A stretch of DNA of 63,896 nucleotides, filler included, from Welwitschia mirabilis (lineage: Eukaryota): assembly GCA_051453625.1 (NCBI GenBank). It is 6 parts of one record of this genome, joined end to end, with 100 filler letters (N's around TTAATTAATTAA, not from the genome) between each part and the next. Parts side by side here need not be neighbours in the genome. Positions count along the whole stretch, not along the records: positions 46,737 to 59,511 come from JBOZIK010000001.1; positions 59,612 to 62,681 come from JBOZIK010000001.1; positions 62,782 to 63,896 come from JBOZIK010000001.1; 3 more parts are not named here. One strand, 5' to 3'. This document shows positions 52,613 through 63,896 of the stretch, piece after piece. A program made the position numbers and the translations under genes. The notes beneath the pieces are model-generated. The model searched no databases. It was not told where the DNA came from and worked only from the letters and a program-made list of their open reading frames with translations. Every line of letters begins with the position of its first letter. Positions within the stretch are counted from its first letter, which is position 1.

Positions 52613-53998
52613 TATTACAATGTATATTTGTGCAACTATCATGTCCTTAAGAAATCCTAAGAATCATAAATATTTTGCAAAACACACACATTAATATAGA
52701 TGGGAATTCAAGTGAATGTCATAATCTATTAAAGGTACTAAGCGAGACAAAAGGAGAATTTGGTGTGATTTTGGTCAGTAATGGAAGCAATAATCCCTAT
52801 TGTCTATGAATAAGAGCACTCGGCTTTGCCCATTTATAAGGACTCGATTCTATGTTCAAACATAAGAAGAATTTATTTGAAATAAAATATTTTTGTATTT
52901 TCTTTTTAGTTGATGAAAATAAAAAATGATGCAAGAAATAATGCAAGACGTAAATGCTAAATGAAAAATACTCTAAATAAAATTTGTATGCTATTACTAG
53001 ATCCTTTTGCCATAAAGATTAGCCTTGTATAATCTAGATCAATCAAGGAAAATTATCATTAAACTCTAACCAAACTAAAATATCACATTCATTGAACAAA
53101 ATATGAAAACCATGTAAATATTATGCTACAAAATGCAAAATGAAATGAAATGCAACTACTTTAACAATTTCAAACTTAACAAAGGTTGTTTTCATGTTCT
53201 ATATAGAGTAAGAAGCTACCACTAATCATATTCAATATGAGCCATAAGGGAGATGTACATAAAAAGATAAGAAAAATAAAATGCTTTGGTTAAGTCGAAT
53301 CAATCATCTATATTAAAATTATAGCATCTTAATAAAGGAGACACAACTCAACATAAAGGAAGACTTTTCTTGATAATGATAGATGGATCTCTTATTCTTT
53401 AATATCTTGTCATGATAAATTTCAAGTATAAAAGAAGATAGATTATTCAATTAATAATATAAAGATCTTTATTATAATAAAAATCTTAAAAAAAAAGTCC
53501 TAATAGACATAATAAAAAATCCTGGTAGCCTGTAGGAGGTGTGTGATACTTTGTAGAAGTTAGATAGAATTTAATGCATCAGTTTTGTTTTTTTTAAGTG
53601 TTATCCTAATGATCATTCAAATGATACATGAGATAAAGCCACATGAAAAAAGGTCCACATTAGCTTCTAGTTTATTCTAGTCATCATCTTAGTCAGCTTG
53701 CTTACTTTTATTATCTATAGGATCATCTAGATAATTGAGGGGACAATGGACTCTTAAAATCATTTCTTACATTAGATTAACCTCTTTGATCATAATATTT
53801 ATTCATCAAATAGGAAGTATTGTAGTTTTTTTGAAATACTGTCAAATGTAGTGAACATTGTATGTTTGCATGATAATTGCATTAGATTTAGTGATAATTG
53901 CATTAGATCTCCATTATTATTAAAACTCTACATAAACCTATCTAATGTCCTGTAAAACTACTCAAAATACCCTATTAAACACATATAATTTGACATCA
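52613..53998 (-). mobile_element. 5' LTR (~1.39 kb)
   Basis: Starts TGATGTCAAATT..GATAGGG-like; ends TTGCACAAATATACATTGTAATA, homologous to 34566-34588. Confidence 0.8.
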
Positions 53999-55399
53999 TA
54001 GTATACTTCTAGCTATTCAGTTAAATTATTCCATACTAAGGGCTAAGTAGAAGCATTTTTTAACCTTTAAGTCCTATACAAAGACTATATTATCTTTATT
54101 TTTTCAATTTCTTCTAGGCTTGGTCTAAGTGAAAGTGCTTTTTGCAGCATTTATGATATAGGCTTAATATATAGATATTCTATGCTTTATAATATATTGA
54201 TATTCTATTGGTACCCTCACATCCTTATCTTCTAATAAGTATAGTTTATTCCTTGAAGAGCAAAGATTTGATGGATGACATTCATTCCATAGTTCATTCG
54301 AGTATTTTACTTTCTTTTATGAGTACCTATTCTAATACCACTTGAGGATCATTAAGATTAAAGGGAAGTATTAAATGAATTTAATCAAATAATACTTTAA
54401 TAAATAATCAAATAAAATTCACAATAAAAANNNNNNNNNNNNNNNNNNNNNNNNNNNNNNNNNNNNNNNNNNNNNNNNNNNNNNNNNNNNNNNNNNNNNN
54501 NNNNNNNNNNNNNNNNNNNNNNNNNNNNNNAAATAATACTTTAATAAATAATCAAATAAAATTCACAATAAAAACCTTATAAATTTATATGGTTTATCAA
54601 CTTGAGTATATCCACACATAGAGGGTAGCTTTTCCTCATAATTTTGGATATTCTTGATTTAAAAATAATGATTTTAAAGCATTAATAATCTTATAACAAA
54701 ATTAGGTGCTCCTCTCAGGGAAGTAATCTTTTATCCTTAGGTATTATAATAAATATATATTCAAAAGTATACTTAAATATTTAATTAATTACAAATAGCA
54801 CATCCATACATAGGTTGCCCTACACCTTAAAATATCCAAGGAAGGAACCCTAAAAAGAAGATATAGAAAAATATTTTAGACTAGTAATTTATAGATTTAA
54901 TAATTAGATAGTCATAAAATAAAGTACTAAAGCTAGAATGAAAGAATAAATAAGCCTCACATGATATCAAAATTGTATTTGTTTAAGTTTTGTTTAGTGT
55001 AGTCACTCATAATAATTAATAGCAGAGTGGTGGTTATGGATGTTCTAGAGATTATAATATGTCTTAAATGATATATTGTTTTTGTGAGGTATAATATATT
55101 TTAGCTTGTGTAATGTCAATGAATCATTCAAGTAATTATTTTTTCTTCATTTTTTATGCCTTGTATATTATTGAAGTATTCTTGGCCTTTACCCTAATGA
55201 GATAATTCTTTAAAATATTTTGAACATAGCTTAACAACTATAAATAGGTAGCTTTAATCATTTAATGGCTATTTTTATTTTATGATAATTTTAGGGATAG
55301 ACATATTTACTATGGTATATGTCTCCTAGGAAAATTTATTTAACATGAAAGATGTCCCCAGTTAATCTTTCTAACTTTTAATGAACTTCAAACTACTAT

Positions 55400-57370
55400 T
55401 TTTCTAATTCTTAGACATTAATAATTCATTATGTAAACATTTCCTAGATTCCTAAAAAATAAATAATTCATCCATGTTAACCTATTGGCATAAATTGTGT
55501 TTTATCACTTGTTTTAGATTAGCATAAATGTCTTCATGATAGTAGATGTCTTTTATTAGTTCATTTAGTATAATGATATTTATCAAGATATATATCATTC
55601 TTCTATTTGAGCTTTAGGTTTAGTCTAAATATCTTTAATCCTATAGATATCTTTATCATAGTCATTTTATAGATGTCTCTAATTTACTTTATCTAAACTT
55701 TATGAATTTTGAATTGAACCTACTATGATCTTAAGCTTTGTGTGCATAACCTGTTAATTTCATTAAAACTTGAATTTTGCTAGTTTATTTTTTATTTCAA
55801 GGAGTCTATATCAGCTTCATCTTCTTTCTTTGATGTAATGTAAGATCATAAGTTAATGAAAGAGTAGCTATTTATTTTTTATTTCTAGTTGAAGTAACCT
55901 CATTCTTTTAATGCTTAAGTAAAACTACATTATTAAATTCTTTTAACAACTAAGTAGATTTGTTAAGTTTACTTATTGGTTATAGTTACATTGGTTTAAT
56001 AGATCTTAAATACAATAGTCCTTATTTTCCATGATTATGAAGTGCTGTGATTAATCAAAGTGGCTATCAAATTTATTAACACTTATATGATAAATGAGGT
56101 TATGTCATCATGATTTGAGTTATCATGACTTCATAGTTTAAGATTAGAAGGTACATGACATTGTTGGAGTGAAGATATTTTGTTGAATAATTTGAGCCAG
56201 ACCTTTGGATCTAATACTTTTCTCTACTTTATTAATGAAATTTACACAATTTGAACTTTTAATTTTTCTTTGTTTTGATTCATTACAAAGTTAATAATTT
56301 TATGTTTCTTCTATTAAGGATTTATCTCAAATTATTCCTATAGAAGGATGAAACTGGGTACTTATCTAGTTTATTAAATTTTGATTGTACTACACATGAA
56401 TAAAATCCTATCATGAGGAAATTTTAGTTTCATTTAATAACTATATATTAGGTTTATTACTTGATGGATTATATTTAAAGTTAATAGATCCTATTACATT
56501 AAAACTAGTATCATCTAATGATGTCTCTCTCATAAAACCACTTAAACATTATCACCTATACAATTCTTAGCTTAAGATCTTTTACATAAGTAAATCCAAA
56601 TTTCATACTAATTATAAAATAAGCCATTATAATCTAAAACCCTATCACTCACCTCTTGCATTATGGCATTATTTCATAAAAATCACTAATTAGCTACCTC
56701 TTCCATCTTATTATGGGTTTATGAAACTTATTGATCTTAGGTAGTGTTGTTTTCACATAAACGATAATAAATATCTTTTTTACTTCTAGGTTTGATTTGA
56801 GATTAAATGAATTCTTACTTTTTAAGAGTAAGTTATCTTTATCTTTAAGTTATTTTATTAACATTTTCACTAAGTTAAAATCTCTGATTTAAAATCAAGA
56901 AAAGAAAAGATGGTTTTTCTACTTGCATGTTGTGATCTTATTTTAGAATTCATGAGGATGAGATTGTTTTGTTATTAGGATAATGAGCCAACGACACTTT
57001 CCATGTGCTTTAAAAGACACCAAAAGGAAACAAAGAGAAGAAAAAAAATCAAAATGATGACATAAAATCTCTTCTTTAAGCACATAGTTTTCTTTAATCA
57101 TTGATATTACCTTGAATTAACTACATTGGATCTATAGATTTTCTCTTTTAATGTATCTCAAATGATTCATTTTTTATGCATTTAACTGACTTAGAGGTAT
57201 AATTTTACTACAAATATAGCATTGATTTCTTCATGTACAACACATTAATTCTATTGGAAAAATTTGTTACAACACTAAATTTCCAATATGATTAAGTTCT
57301 TGAAAAACTCACTCATGAAGGTAGAAGGGAATGAAAAAGAAATTAAGGTGTGATTGAAAACCTATTTTAA
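55400..57370 (-). mobile_element. Very degenerate Sirevirus-like remnant (gag-like fragments plus an AGACGTCT-motif segment)
   Basis: AGATGTCT/AGATATCT motifs at 55520-55690; DPKVWLK at ~56195-56215; QCYICSK knuckle-like motif at ~57205-57225. Confidence 0.35.
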
Positions 57371-59611
57371 TTTATTTACTTTAATATTTGTAACTTAAAA
57401 TATTCTCACTACTCTTAAATTTGCAATTTTTACTTTGTCAATGCATTACATTATTTTGATAGTAGGTTTATAATTAATAAAATATAACCTTAGTCAATTA
57501 GTTTAGTTTTCTAGTAACATCTATTCATAGGATGCATGGCAGAGTCATTAGTTACATTTCCATTCATCTCATTTTTGTTCATTTCATTATTTTAAACCAT
57601 ATGAATTCACATTTTCTCTTTATGAGAAAGCATATTCAAAGGCAAACTTGTATTTATTATGATGCAATCTATCCATTCATGAGTTAGTCTAAGACCAAAT
57701 TAGTCTAGATTATTAATTAGATTAAATGATATTAAAGATTAAAATTCCTTAAGTTTTTATTTAACTATGCCTTTCTGTCATTTTTGCACTTCACCATTAA
57801 TAATTTTTTAGCCCTTCCATTCTTTTATATGCATTGTTCTAAGAATTAAAAATTTTCCTTTAAGAAATTGACACTGTTATTAGCACTTATCGATGGTATT
57901 AATATTATTTACTAGATTTTTCTTAGCTTCTTCNNNNNNNNNNNNNNNNNNNNNNNNNNNNNNNNNNNNNNNNNNNNNNNNNNNNNNNNNNNNNNNNNNN
58001 NNNNNNNNNNNNNNNNNNNNNNNNNNNNNNNNNACACAAAACCTCATTCTTGTAATAGGTAGTACATGATCATATACATATATGGATCATAACTTAATCT
58101 TCATTCATTTTTCATATCATCTTAATATCTACTTTACTTTCTTCATTCTTCTCTCCTTTTTTTTTGTTTTTTTTCATTTCTAACTTCTCCATTTCTGTTA
58201 TTTATAGAAATGATAGGTAGAGGTTATTGATTTAGGAATTTCTCATAGAATTTATTTTCACATTGTCATATTATCATGCATCCTTAAATGTAGATTAGTC
58301 TTCATTTCTATTTCCTAGTCAGATTGCATATAGTTTTGTTTTAACAGTTTGCTCACATTTCCATGAAATGTGCTTTCTTTAGCCTCATACATCCCAAATT
58401 TTATGAAACCTTAATCTCATATTTTCATTTCATCTTCCACATCTTAACTATGAGGAAAAAATTAAAATTGGTTAGGTGAGTCGATGTTTTACTTTGAATT
58501 TTTACTATTCATACTTAATCCATCTCATTCATGTGAAAATAACCTAAAAATTATTTAAATTTTTACTATCCATACTTCATTTATCTTATTCAAGTTAAAT
58601 AATCTAAAGATTAGCTAACCTTTTCCTTTTCTTCAATTACCTTTACTTATTACATGAATAATTTTCACTTGCACCTTTTTCATGTTATGCAACTTTTACA
58701 CTTTTTCAAAAATACTAGAAAAAGGTCCATTGAGGGGTGTTTTAAAATGTAAAACATGATACCTGTATCAAGTAATTAAGGATTCTTTAGCATAATCAAA
58801 TTATTACTCTCACTATTTTATTGATTTATGCTATTAAAATCACAATTTTTAGGCATTTATCCTTCACACTATAATTTTTACAAGTTTCTAATAGGATTTT
58901 AAAGCATGCCCTAAGAGCTAAGTGAAAATTTCCATAAAAATCTAGTAGTTCTAGTAGAAGTGATAGTGGTTCTAGTTACATTTGAACTCTTGAGATCATT
59001 ATTATGTTTGAATCTCTACTTGAGCTGATTCATAGTTCCTTACTCTTAGTTTCATTGATGGTTATTGGTTGTTGTTAATTTCTATTTTTAGGATTATTGA
59101 GGGGAGGATTTAGGATGCTTTCTTTTTACATTTTCCTTAGCTAGCATTACATTATAAGCTTTGAATTCAGTTTTCTTTCATGTAATGCTTACCTTTTCAT
59201 TCGAATAAAATGATATTATTCCTTAAATTTAATCTCTTAATTTCAGGTGTAGTTTCTTTAACATGCCCTTACATCCTTATATAAGTCAAAGAAATAAAAC
59301 TGTACTCTTTGATGTAATATTTTAATAAGTGTACATTTTCTTACATACTTGTTATGATTGAATTTTTTCTAAGGCATGTTGAGATTTTTATATTTTCACT
59401 AAGTGATGTCTTTATGTTTTCATCTTATTCCATAGTTTATACTAATTTTTAATGGTCTTTAGGAATTTTAACCACTTTTCATGCTTATATAGGTATATGT
59501 TACAGTGCATANNNNNNNNNNNNNNNNNNNNNNNNNNNNNNNNNNNNNNNNNNNNTTAATTAATTAANNNNNNNNNNNNNNNNNNNNNNNNNNNNNNNNN
59601 NNNNNNNNNNN

Positions 59612-59921
59612 CCATCATCCATCTCATCGTCTAGACAACACTAGTGGACGACATCTCAATTTCAGTTGACATCAGTTTGCATGAAGATCACAGAGAGTTG
59701 AATAGCAAGAAAACTAAGTTATCTCATTGTAAAACCCTGTCGTCCCCTCCATCGTCCGGACAACCACCTGGACGACACTCCCCTTTGACACTTTCACAGA
59801 TTGTATTCCCGAGTTGTTGCCTATTTATTGTGACTTTCCTTTTCCTGTTAGCTATAGTTTCTTTTATACTTCTCTGTTAGTCTCTTTCCCCTTTTCAGCT
59901 ATAAATAAAGGTCTCCCCCTC
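59612..59921 (+). mobile_element. Younger copy of the Athila-like LTR (internal fragment between gaps)
   Basis: Aligns to ~33728-34036 and retains more CpGs (gtcgtcccctccatcgtccggac). Confidence 0.9.
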
Positions 59922-61549
59922 NNNNNNNNNNNNNNNNNNNNNNNNNNNNNNNNNNNNNNNNNNNNNNNNNNNNNNNNNNNNNNNNNNNNNNNNNNNNNNN
60001 NNNNNNNNNNNNNNNNNNNNNAAGGGCATTTCTAAATGTTGATTATTCTAGCTTATGAATGAGAAATTATTAAAATGGAGTGATTTGTTCATCCTTGTAA
60101 CTTGTAATCTAGCATATCTTGTGGTTGAATTTGAGATATAATGTTAATATGATACTTGTATTTTTCTACAAATAAAGAAGTATTTATTTTATTGTTATTT
60201 AAACATTAAGTAAGTTATTTATCTTCTTTACCTTTGAAAGTTACTTAAGGATGTATTTTATTTACATGCATATAGACGCCTTTAAGAACAATTGGCTCAA
60301 ATATTTAATAAAAATATTTATGAAAGTTTAAGCTCATAGTTTTAGGTTGAAAATCTTAGGACATTTTATTTTAATATTAGAGTGTCAGAGTAAGTTTTGA
60401 AGTTTTTGACATTAGAAATTTGGGGTATTTCATTTTTGTATCAAATCCTAGGTTGTAATTCACTATGAATAATTATTATGAAACCCTTATATGTTTTAAC
60501 GTTGGAGCCTAGATTGTGATTTCACTAAACATGATTACTTATAGGGAATATGTTATGAATAAATCAGATAAAGGGTATTGAATCTAGGAATATGTTAAAT
60601 ACAATTGGAGGTTATTTTATAATGCTTTTAAGAATGTAGAGTAAGAAAAGAGAGAAAGAAGAGGAAACATAAATATAAATATAAAAAGTATGACATGCAG
60701 TTACCAATTTGTAAATTATGTGTATATGCTTAATTAAGTTAATATCAAAATAAAGAAAGAAAAAAGAAAAATGATAATACAACAAATTAAAATGACTATA
60801 AAATAATCCAATAAGAAATCCATAGAATGTGGATATTTTTAGAAGGTTTTATTCAAATTATTAAGGCTCTAGTACATACACTCAATAAAGCAAAACAACA
60901 CACATCAAAATGTGTGAGTAGATCTAGTTTGTTGTATTAACAAAATCCATTAGGATTTATTTTTATATGTAAGTATCATTAAAAGATTTAAGCATCTACC
61001 AGTAGCAAGTACCCCTATATAATAAACCGAAAAAATAGGCATCAATCATGTGTGGAGAGCGAGTTTTATATGGTATAATGTTGATGGACAAAATTTACAT
61101 TCCAAAAGCTCAAAAATTTGATAAGAATTCCATTGATTTGCTAATCTCTATACTTTGGCTTTCTTTTTTGAGAGAGCAATAATTTGTTAATTATTTAATT
61201 ACTAGTTCTTGCCATTAAGAGTCTTATGATCGAAATCAGACATAGATAAGCAGAGATGCAAAAGTTAAGTTAGCTTATAGTTAGAAGTACTAGGAAGTAA
61301 TTTTGAGGATATTGTTAAAGAACTTAGTGAGTTAGCAGGTTTTCTTCTAGTAGGATTTGGTCTCTAATCTAATGTATTAAAAACCCTACTTGCTATGCTA
61401 GAATACTAAGGAAATTTCCATGAATACTGTAATGATAGTTCTAGTGAGATCTACTGCAGTAGAAATTGGTACACTATTGTGAGTTCCATTAAATTTGAAC
61501 TGGTCATAATTATGGTTGTAGTCTGGGATTATTTTGGAAACATGAAATT

Positions 61550-62500
61550 CATGTTTTTTGATTCCACAAGAAAATTAAAATTAACGTATCTATGATATAA
61601 AAGAAAGAATTATGAAATAGGTGAGATTAGCATGTTGTGAGAGAGCCAAAGATGAGTTATGTCTAGATGTTACATGCCATAGAATAAGTATGTGGTTCCA
61701 TAGAGTTTTGTATTTGAATTATTCATTCTCTCTAATATTATACTTAAAAGCTAGAATCTTAAATAGTTTCATAGTAGATATGACACAGAAAAAAATAAGA
61801 GATCCAAAGTAGAGCATGAGGATTATTCATCGCTTTGTTGAAAACATTCAACACAATAGCTACAAATCAATGAACCCTTGTAAAAGAGGAAATACATAGA
61901 GTACTAGTTTTTTTAGAACCTAAGATAAATTAGTTTGGTTTAGAATTATAGAAAGGATCTCTAAATTATAAAACGCTAACCCATATAGACATCATATAAT
62001 ATTTCAAGTTGCATTGTAACCAACTTAAACCCAATACTTTTAACAATGTTGGGTTCCTATGTGCTATGCAAATAGGAACTTTTGCAGTCTCTAAGAATAT
62101 GAAGTTGCAAATGATATTAAATATATGAAGAATGCTCCACTAAATGATATTACATTTATGGAAGGAAATGAAGAAAAACTTGCACTCACACTGAACACTT
62201 GTCTAGCTAGCAAACTTCTATATTGACTATCTTTGAGTGTTTTGGAATTCACTAAGAAAGTGAGTTAGGATCGAAGCGTATTAAAGTGTACATAGTCCAA
62301 ACTAATCATAGATATGCCCTTAGGCTAAGAAGAAAATTCATTGCCATATATCAAACTTATACATGTAAACCCTAACCCACCTTACAGAAACCTCCAATGA
62401 CTGTATTCTTTTATTACATATACTTGGAAATACAAAAACTAGAATTTATGGTCAAACATATGAACTAGATGATCATCCATGGTTTCTTCTTTTTGGTCAT
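61550..62500 (+). pseudogene. Very degenerate CRM-like gag/protease remnant
   Basis: IIHRFVENI, LIIDMP, NPNPPYR and LDDHPWF fragments in the expected order; weak. Confidence 0.3.
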
Positions 62501-62605
62501 TCCTATATTTTAAAATTCTTAATTATTTACTATGATCATATCTCAAGAGATACACTTAATAAAAATATTTTCTTAAGAAGATTCATTAGCCATGTTGTTG
62601 CAACT

Positions 62606-62681
62606 CCAACTTAAGTGTATTTGATAGGGTATTTTGAGTTGTTTTGCAGATAAACTAACAGATAAATGCTCAGTTTCTATG
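62606..62681 (+). mobile_element. Start of an Athila-like LTR, cut by a scaffold join
   Basis: tgtatttgatagggtattttgagtt...aaactaaca.ataaatgc nearly identical to 33417-33482. Confidence 0.85.
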
Positions 62682-62781
62682 NNNNNNNNNNNNNNNNNNN
62701 NNNNNNNNNNNNNNNNNNNNNNNNNTTAATTAATTAANNNNNNNNNNNNNNNNNNNNNNNNNNNNNNNNNNNNNNNNNNNN

Positions 62782-63540
62782 TTTATCTATAAATAGAGCC
62801 CTATTCCTTCCTCTCAAACTAAAATTCTTCAAGAAAGTTTATGATACCAAAATTTCTTCTCAATCTTTCATCCTCTTGAGTGTGGAGTTGGAGCTAGGAG
62901 CTTAGAGCTTGAACCTTGGAACTTGGAGTTTGGAAGCTTACAGATAGGATCTTGAAGCTTAGCACTATTTTAATCTTCTTCAAGGATTATCAATATTCTT
63001 CCCTCCAAGTAGGTTCTTCTTTCATGAGAATTTTAGCTTCATTTCTTGCATTAGGCCTATGCATGTAATTGTTGTATCAATGTAATATTATATTTTTCCC
63101 TCCCGTTGATTATTACTAAGATAACAAAGATATTTAAGGGATCTTTTTACATGCTTATATATATATATATATATGCCCTCTTATTGACATAGACTAAGAT
63201 GAGGGAGAGAGTTAAGGGACTTCTTAACCTGCTTAATTTCTATGTGTCTAATGGATATTTTGGCTAAATGACCAGGGGGTTCACTATGATTTTGGATTAC
63301 CATATTGTATTTCATTATATTATTTTTTAAATGCATTTTACATTAGATTTTCATTAGTATCTTGTTAGGATGAACAAGTCTGATCCTCAAGAATCTATTT
63401 AGGCTAGGCACTCCTTCTTAGAAAATCCTAAGGCTCATAGTATTGATGCATTATTTATTATAGTAAGTTGAGTTTATATTACTTCTAATTCTGTTTTATA
63501 TATTTAGAATATAAATTTTATTATAAACCCATAGTTAATT
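62782..63540 (+). mobile_element. LTR-like R/U5 region of another family
   Basis: ctataaatag TATA followed by pyrimidine-rich and ttggag/ttgaag repeats typical of gypsy LTRs; boundaries unclear. Confidence 0.4.
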
Positions 63541-63896
63541 TAATTGATTTTTATTTCTATAAGTTAGAATAAGTTCTCTTATTCTTAGTTTAGTTAAAGT
63601 TTATACTTTTTGTTAGTGAAGCAATTTAAGAAAGTCATAACTCATTTACTATTAAGTAAAACTTTATGAGATTTTTTTTATAGGTCTAGAATCATATTAG
63701 GAAGTTAAATTTCTAGAACAATAATTTTGTTTGTGAGTAAATTAAATTTTAAAATTATTTTATAAAAATAATTTAAAAATCATAAGCAGAAAATAGCAAG
63801 CAAAAAGTTTCAATTTTTAGAATTTATAGAATGTTCTGAGTAAATATGGAGTAGTCCAACTTGTAGAGAATTTAACAATATTTCCAACAAATATTT

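Larger units (their letters stand above)
49940..53998 (-). mobile_element. Athila-like element, 5' part (5' LTR, PBS, UTR, gag, truncated protease)
   Basis: LTR 53998-52613, PBS, gag with TCDPCENNYHVINKCP (ORF 50812-51132), protease KALIDIGASFNIIP at ~50060-50020; same family as 12591-14465. Confidence 0.9.

Noticed and set aside
48838..54573. Exact direct repeats flanking the gaps at 48856-48955 and 54431-54530
   Set aside because: Identical sequence on both sides of a 100-N gap indicates unmerged contig overlap
58757..59300. Possible additional LTR starting TGATACC
   Set aside because: Only generic LTR-like composition; no second terminus or homologous copy in the window

Overview
AT-rich, gap-containing plant nuclear DNA that looks like heterochromatin. 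It is made almost entirely of old, nested, stop-codon-riddled transposon remnants, and I found no intact protein-coding gene. Main components: a Ty1/copia Sirevirus-like 3' half (about 3.6-10 kb); several Ty3/gypsy Athila-like pieces (gag-protease at 12.6-14.5, 17.9-19.3 and 49.9-51.9 kb; RT-RNaseH-integrase plus 3' LTR at 20.7-28.0 kb; related LTRs at 14.8-16.0, 33.4-34.6 and 52.6-54.0 kb); and a second, more divergent gypsy element with a repeat-rich 5' region (36-46.6 kb). Smaller features are a 5S-rRNA-derived Cassandra-like LTR remnant, tRNA-derived SINE heads, a probable Tourist MITE and a CpG-retaining pseudogene-like island at 1.7-2.75 kb. The strongest window-wide signal is strong, directional C>T/G>A decay of the repeats. 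Against that background, a 28-nt hairpin-forming motif conserved in two Athila-like 3' UTRs stands out. Five N44-TTAATTAATTAA-N44 linkers are artificial scaffold joins, so adjacency across them may not be biological. All family calls come from manual translation and motif recognition, not from database searches.
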